Source of the DNA: Eledone cirrhosa | Lineage: Eukaryota | DNA: 64,000 bases | Assembly: GCA_964016885.1 (NCBI GenBank) | Contig: OZ024743.1 | Location: forward strand, 230,144,001-230,208,000 | Direction of reading: 5' to 3' | Part shown: piece after piece, positions 57,138 through 64,000 of the stretch | Numbering within the stretch: the first letter of the stretch is position 1 | How the letters are laid out: each line of letters begins with the position of its first letter | Program-made: the position numbers and the translations under genes | The notes under the pieces: generated by a model | Databases searched by the model: none | What the model was told of the DNA's origin: nothing | Seen by the model: the letters and a program-made list of their open reading frames with translations, nothing else

Positions 57138-57307
57138 GGCGAGAGTCGTATGTATCATGATATTTCGCTCCTTATAACAGTCTTTCTCCTCTCTCTCTAT
57201 CTTTGGTTGAGCACACTTCTCTGAGTGGGTTTGGGCTGCCCTTTCTAGCAGCTCAGAGGCCACTGGTTCACTGCCCTTAAACACGCTGTGACTTCTCTCT
57301 CCCACGT
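56383..57307. repeat. Nested palindrome: diverged outer arms (56383-56572 / 57135-57307) enclosing a near-perfect ~455-bp inner palindrome (56625-57078)
   Basis: Inner centre ctggaatcatatgattctggaatcatatgattccag; each level is bounded by (TA)n. Confidence 0.9.
56675..56729 (-). ncRNA. Canonical hammerhead; mirror copy 56976-57030 (+)
   Basis: actgc-CTGAAGA-gggcacagcc aaagat ggctgtcact-GAAA-tatata-TT-gcagt-aataaa. Confidence 0.85.
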
Positions 57308-57587
57308 GTATTTGGACGGCCGCTTTAAAAATTCTCTTAGTATTGATGAACCTAGGTTATTTCATTTCCGTCAACAACTTACTGGCGAAACAGATCACTT
57401 TGGATTTGTACGTGTGTTATATAGTTATAGAGGTATTTATTTACGCCTCAATTTATATTTTTATTCATCGTGTCTATATTCTGCCTTTGTTATATATTCT
57501 GCCGTTATAGATTCCATACACTGGTGGTTTTTCCCTGTTTTATTGATGGCGCACTGTATCTCTCTCTAGTGTGTTACCTTTTCAACA

Positions 57588-57623
<36 letters not shown>

Positions 57624-60330
57624 TTGTCGCTATATATATATATAGCGACAAATACAGATCACATTTACCTCTGAGTAGACAATCAACACAAAATGAAACG
57701 CTCCGGAATATTTTCATTTATGCATTTTTTAAAATAAAAATATGAAAATACATTTATATTTTGTACAGACAGTATGTCTGCTGCTGAAATATTGTTTTGA
57801 GCATATCATAGACGAATTTAATAATCACAGTTGATAGAGATATAAGGCGTCAGTGGTTGTGAGAAGTAGAGGAATAAAGAGCTGGCGTTGATATTAAAAA
57901 AAAGTATGTTTTTGTTGTTAAAGAATGAAAGTCAAACGCATGGAAATACCCTGAAATTCGTAGAATATGATTTAGAACAATACACATAGAGACACGTACA
58001 CAACCATATGTATGTATATATGTATGCTTTTTTGCATGTAAAGCCTTTCATCGCTTAAAAAAGATTCAAGCACATGCATCGCTTGAATATGTGAGACTTT
58101 ATTGCGATGGATGGCATTTCTCGCAGGACTAAAAAACCACGTTCATGTTTAAGTATCAAGTGATAGCATTACTTGAAATCGAGTTCCAGCCATCGCTATG
58201 TATGTATAGTGAAGGTATGTGACTTAGTGGTTACGGTGTTAAACTGACGATCATATGGTTGTACATTCGATTTCTCCATCATTCTATTCCTCATTGCTTT
58301 AGTCCAGTTCGGTGACAAAAATTGGATGTACATGTAATTCAAAATGCCAGACTTGTCATATTAAATTTCAGTATCGCACTGAATTTCCTTAAGTACTACA
58401 TTAAAGATAGACATATCAATGCAATGTTGAGACGCTTGCGCATTTAATTTCATTAGCAGTTTGTTCTTTAAAATTGAGGCATGAACTTTGCTAAATGTAC
58501 CCAAAGTCCAGGTAATGGTGGTAAACAAAGTGACAGGTTATGAATGTCATCCGGAAATCAGAATACAAAGTGCCGAGATAACTCTCTAGATTGGGTGCTT
58601 TTTTTCATCGTAGAGTTGACCTCGGTCTGAGTCTATGTAGACAACAATGTTTGTTTATTTGATCTGTATCCTCTGTTGTTGCTAACTTGTATTGTATTAC
58701 CATTCTCTTCTCCACACCAACATTTCTTTATGTCACCATTATTCAGTATAAACTCTGCATGACTGTGTGTCTGTGTGTGTGTGATTGTATGTGTGTATGA
58801 GTGTGTGTGTATGTGTGTGTGAGTGTGTGTGTGAGTGCGTGTGTATGTGTGTGTTTGTGTATATATATATATATATATATGTGTGTGCATGGTATTGTTT
58901 ATGAGTGTCTGAATGTTTACGATGTATCACACCTCACTATAACATTATATTATCATATTGGCAGGGAATACATCATGTTGTTGTAACCCTTCATTTCATT
59001 CCCTCTCTGTCCCTCTTTCTTGTTGCTTCTCTGTCCCTCTTTCTTGCTTCCTCTCTCTCCCGCTTGCTTGCTCCCTCTCTCTTGCTCCTTCTCTCTCATT
59101 CTCTCTCCCTTCCCCATTAATCCCCACCTCTCTCTCTCTCGCTATGTATATTTTCATGTCTTAAAATCTCATTGTCTAAAAGGGAATTTATCTTAATAAT
59201 ACGGTGATGATTTAATGATTATATAATGAACAATACTGCGATGATTGCACTAACTAAAGAGGGCAGATCAAATTGTGCTCATGTATTTCATTTGAGGAAT
59301 TTACGTTCTTCCTTTTCATTTTCAAAAGAATAAATATTAGTTATATAAAGGTTTGAATTCAAACGCATCAATACAACACTTTGACAATCATATACCACCA
59401 CGGAGTTCATTGTTGTGCTTACAATATATATCTAATAATTATTCCAAACAACATACACAAATAATTATTATTATGATCATGTAATATGTTAGTGTTTAAA
59501 TAGGTTTAATAGCTATTTTCGTAAATATGCTGGAAAAATGAATTAATATCATAGCAGCACATTTGACAAATGGTTCCACATTTTCTCGTGTTCTAAATAA
59601 AGGATATTCATTTTCTCTACTATATACTACGTAAGGTCAAAATGTTCCGATACTCTTCTCCAGCATGCCCCATGATACGATTCCTTTGCAATGGAACTGT
59701 GGACCGAAACTAGGAGTTTTAAAGAAATACAAGTATGTTATGAAATCCACATTGAATCACATGCAGATTAAATACATATGTAAGATTCCACTTACAATTA
59801 ACAATTGACAGGATGACTTGCAATATCTTTAATAACATCTAAAAATAATGATAATGACATATAATAAAACATTTGTTGTACTTTGATGGTTGGTCAAAGC
59901 AATTCTCCGTGACTTGTGTTTGCTTCAATGGCCGCCGTCCAAATGACAACAAAAATGAAGTAGCAAGATTTAACTTGGAATTGATAAGTTGAATGAAAAA
60001 TTGTTTGAACGAAACAAAATGAAGTTGCCACTCGTACATGGACGCACGTACGCACACACGCACGCACACATACACACGTACACGCACACACACACACTCA
60101 TACACACACACATATATTCATACGTGCGTGTGTGTAATGATAGAAAAAAGCGTACATTTGAAGATTTCAATGTAAACATTAGGCTTTTGAATTAGACGCC
60201 TTTGTTATAAAAAGAATGAACTGTAATCCCTATGAACTATTCCTACGTAAACAGAAAATATAAAAGATTATTCATATGTATTTAAGATGTTATTTCTTCC
60301 TACACTGTAGTGGTACATCCATCTCCTAAA

Positions 60331-60397
<67 letters not shown>

Positions 60398-60809
60398 CAA
60401 GTGGAATCCAGCCGGATCAATTGTAGACAGATGCTTCTGACGCCAGAAAGTGTTCTTGTGGACACTTCCCCATGAGCCACGCAGAAATAAGTGAGAGAAG
60501 AATATATATATATATATATATGAAAAGATTCAAAACCCCCAACGGGTGAGCTCCGGCCGTTTCGACAGCTAGATCCGAAATAAAGGACCCCGACGTCTAA
60601 GCTCCGACTGTTTCGGCAGCTAGATTCGAAATAAGCTTGGTTCGTGGTCCTGAATCTGTTCATATTACCCACTCTACTACCCCAAAGATCGAGTATTGTG
60701 ATGCGTTATGGTCCAGCTGGTATCTTACCACACCCTCTCTGATATATATATATCAAATTACAAAATATGAAGAAATAATGGACAAAAATATACTTATTTT
60801 TTCTTCAAA

Positions 60810-60902
60810 GTCTCGACCGCAATTTCGCTGAGCCTTGTACAACAAATTCTGCACTATAAAAGTGCATTATCGCTGTGAGTTTGATACGGCTTATCAAGAG
60901 AC
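60810..60902 (-). ncRNA. Hammerhead, U3-A8 variant, with a large stem II insert
   Basis: Minus strand: gtctc-TTGATAA-gc[~60 nt incl. tgcac tttta tagtgca]gc-GAAA-ttgcgg-TC-gagac. Confidence 0.7.
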
Positions 60903-61249
60903 CCCTCAGAAAAAAGGAATGTTTCTTGACACGTTCGTAACAAGTTAGAATTTCTCGAGAGGCTCGGAGAGAGATAAACACATGATACAGTGGTCACAGA
61001 AGTGTAGTAAGTTCGACAATGAGCGAATAACGTATTTGCTAGAAAAGACAGTTAATATACTCGACCATAGGGGAGTTTGGGACAATATAATAATGAAATA
61101 CACACATATTCATATGTATAAGTGTGTGTGTGTGTGTGGTGTCCGCCTTAACAAGTTTTGCTCGGTGACCGAAAGAGCCTAAATAAATAAAATAATTAAA
61201 TTAACTCCATAATCAGAGCTATTTATCAAATATCAAAATATTAGGAAAT

Positions 61250-61828
61250 CTCTCTCTCTAGTGCGGGTAAAATGCCCGAGATACATGGACAAGTTGTCTC
61301 CAGCGGTCTCTGTCCCTCATTATCGCTGCGATGTCCTGCGTTTCCAAGAGACCAGTGTCTATCCTTAAAGAATCAACATATGTTAACCTCGGTCTTCCTC
61401 TTCTAGTGTGTCCATGTAGGGGCTCCCACAGGAGCACTGAGTGCAGTGTCAACTCTGGATATCGGTGAGCATGTCCAGCTAACCTTAGTCTCCACTGTGT
61501 CACTTTTGAGCTGACTTTTGGAAGGCGCCCGTACCGCTCTGAGTTCTTCATCCTCAGAGCCATCCTCAGAATTCTCGTGTAGCAATCATCCACCATCTGG
61601 GTGAGTTTCTTGGTCAGTGTCCAAGTCGCAGACCCGTACAGCAGCACAGACGACAGCAACGAAGAGGCGGATCTTCAGGTCTGTACGAAGGTCAGACTTC
61701 CACGCCGATCTCAAGATGCGGCACGCCGTCCTGGCTTTGCTCTTCCTCTCGACCACATCATCTTCCGTGTTCCCAATCGTTGCTCCCAAATACAGGAAGT
61801 CCTCAACCAATTCTAGCGGCTTCCCACA
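61250..61828 (-). mobile_element. RTE-clade LINE 3' end (post-RT domain), frameshifted
   Basis: VEDFLYLG, LKIRLF, SVLLYGSATWTLTK, RLRLAGH..R, GRPRLTY, DRDRWR; (GA)n tail. Confidence 0.88.
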
Positions 61829-61940
61829 TATATTAGTAATCTTCTCTTAATATTATCTATAAGGAAATAATTGTTTCTACTTTAGGCACAAAGGAAATAA
61901 TGAGTAAAAGATATACCTATTTTTTCTTCAAGTATATATG

Positions 61941-62012
<72 letters not shown>

Positions 62013-62184
62013 CAATGAGTTTTTACAGTGTCCGTCTAGGTAAGCTGATTCAGGGACATTCCTCAGCCTTGAGCCATAGAAGAAGACCTTTATCAAAATG
62101 TTTCAGTTGGCGCTGAACCCGAATCGACATCGTTGCAAAGTGAACATTGTAACCACACAGCCATACACAGAAACACACACACAG

Positions 62185-62254
<70 letters not shown>

Positions 62255-62668
62255 TATGTATATATTTAATTCACTCATTTTCTATTAATATTTCCTTCTT
62301 TCTAGGTATTCTTTCAATATGCAACTTCTTATTTTAACATTTCAGGTCCTTTTACATTTTCTATCTCGCCTCCCTTCATTCCCTCTAACTCCCCCTATCT
62401 CCCTCGCCCTCTCTCTGTCTCTATTCGTATACTTCTTTTTTTCGTCTTTCCATTTTTAATACCCTTTTCTTTCTTTTCACTCCTCACTTATATTTATCTA
62501 CTTATCTACATCTTTTTTCTTTCTTCCTTTCTTCTTTCATAATTTCTAAATCTCATCCTTCTTATTTTTAATTATTTTTTATATTCTCCAATATATCTTT
62601 TAATCTTTCTCTTTATCGTTTTACCATCAATTCTCTCATTTTTTTTCAATTCATTTTTAGTTATATAT

Positions 62669-62751
<83 letters not shown>

Positions 62752-63400
62752 TGTATATATATTCTTTCTAAATATTTGTCATCTCTTTTTCCATTCTTTC
62801 CCAATATTTCTAGAGAATTATTACTTAAATTTACTTTCCACGATCTCCTCTGGATATCTTTGATTTTCTATCGCATCCTCCCCGTCCTTCTTCCTCGCTA
62901 ACGTCATCATCATCATCATCATCATCATCAGCAGCAGAAGTAGCAGGAGGAGCAGTATAAACATCTGCCCCATTATCATCATACTCACCATTGCCAGCAC
63001 AATCACCAATAATATTGCTGTTGCTACCAGCAGCTGCAGCACCACCACCACCACTTACTATTAATTTTCCTTGTAATGTCCTTCATATCTCGTCCTTATA
63101 GAAATAATAGAATTCATTACCATCATCATCATCATCATTATCGTTAGCTATATTTTTTCTGAGCATATAACAGTGAACTTTTTTTTTTTTTTTTTCCCTT
63201 TATTAACACGCTGATCTCCTCGACAAGTTAATAGAATCTATCCATCTCCCACTGATAATATGTATATGTATGAGGCTCAGAATAGCCACCGACTTACTAT
63301 CTTAGGCAAAAAATTCTTGCCACATCTTCCACGGAATGTCAAACCAGCGGGCGCCGCCATTTCCTTTACATTTTCCTATTGTTATTATTGTTTCCATAGA

Positions 63401-63528
63401 TCTTCTTCTTCTTCTTCTTCTTCTTCTTCTTCTTCTTCTTCTTCTTCTTCTTCTTCTTCTTCTTCTTCTTCTTCTTCTTCTTCTTCTTCTTCTTCTTCTT
63501 CTTCTTCTTCTTCTTCTTCTTCTTCTTC
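63401..63528. repeat. (CTT)n microsatellite
   Basis: Direct inspection. Confidence 0.95.
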
Positions 63529-63752
63529 CATCCATCCCTGTTCCAGTACATGTATCTATTTCACACGTGATAAGATCTTCTCTTTAACTGTATATCATCT
63601 TAATATACTTATAAACTGTTGTCGGATTGTGTACGTCTGTATCATACTGCGTGTATGTGTGTGTGTTCAATAGGACAACGATTAAAAGACCAAAAATAAC
63701 ACCACTACCACCACAGAACTTCAAGAAAAACAACCACGACTACTACTACTAG

Positions 63753-63789
<37 letters not shown>

Positions 63790-64000
63790 GCCAGTGTGGT
63801 TCTTACCTATAATGGTATCGTTGTCATCATCGTGGTCGTTGTTTTTGTTGGTGATGATGATGATAATGGCATTCTTGTCATTAATTATTGATTCCAACAA
63901 ACACGCGGTACATGATGGGAGAGGAGAGGCAGTGACGTTCTGTGGTTTATAAACTATAAACATGCAAGCATATATACACATAAACACACACTGAAATATA

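Overview
AT-rich, microsatellite-saturated metazoan DNA. The recurring SINE resembles Octopus SINEs as I recall them (not verifiable here). There is no convincing host gene, apart from one weak candidate terminal exon, and most listed ORFs are (TA)n/(CA)n artefacts. The window holds decayed transposons: a CR1/L2-group LINE, RTE LINE fragments, a mariner remnant, a solo LTR, tRNA-derived SINEs and many Penelope-like elements (PLEs; RT plus GIY-YIG). The main hidden signal is about 20 type I hammerhead ribozyme (HHR) motifs from roughly 12 unrelated sequence families. Most lie next to (TA)n tracts, many inside fold-back palindromes, some nested. Several families use a covaried UUGANAA (U3-A8) core, most have a palindromic stem III, and some have a 60-105 nt expanded stem II. 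One forms a non-coding 595-nt tandem, a retrozyme-like unit predicted to give a circular RNA. Coordinates were read by eye and may be off by a few bases.
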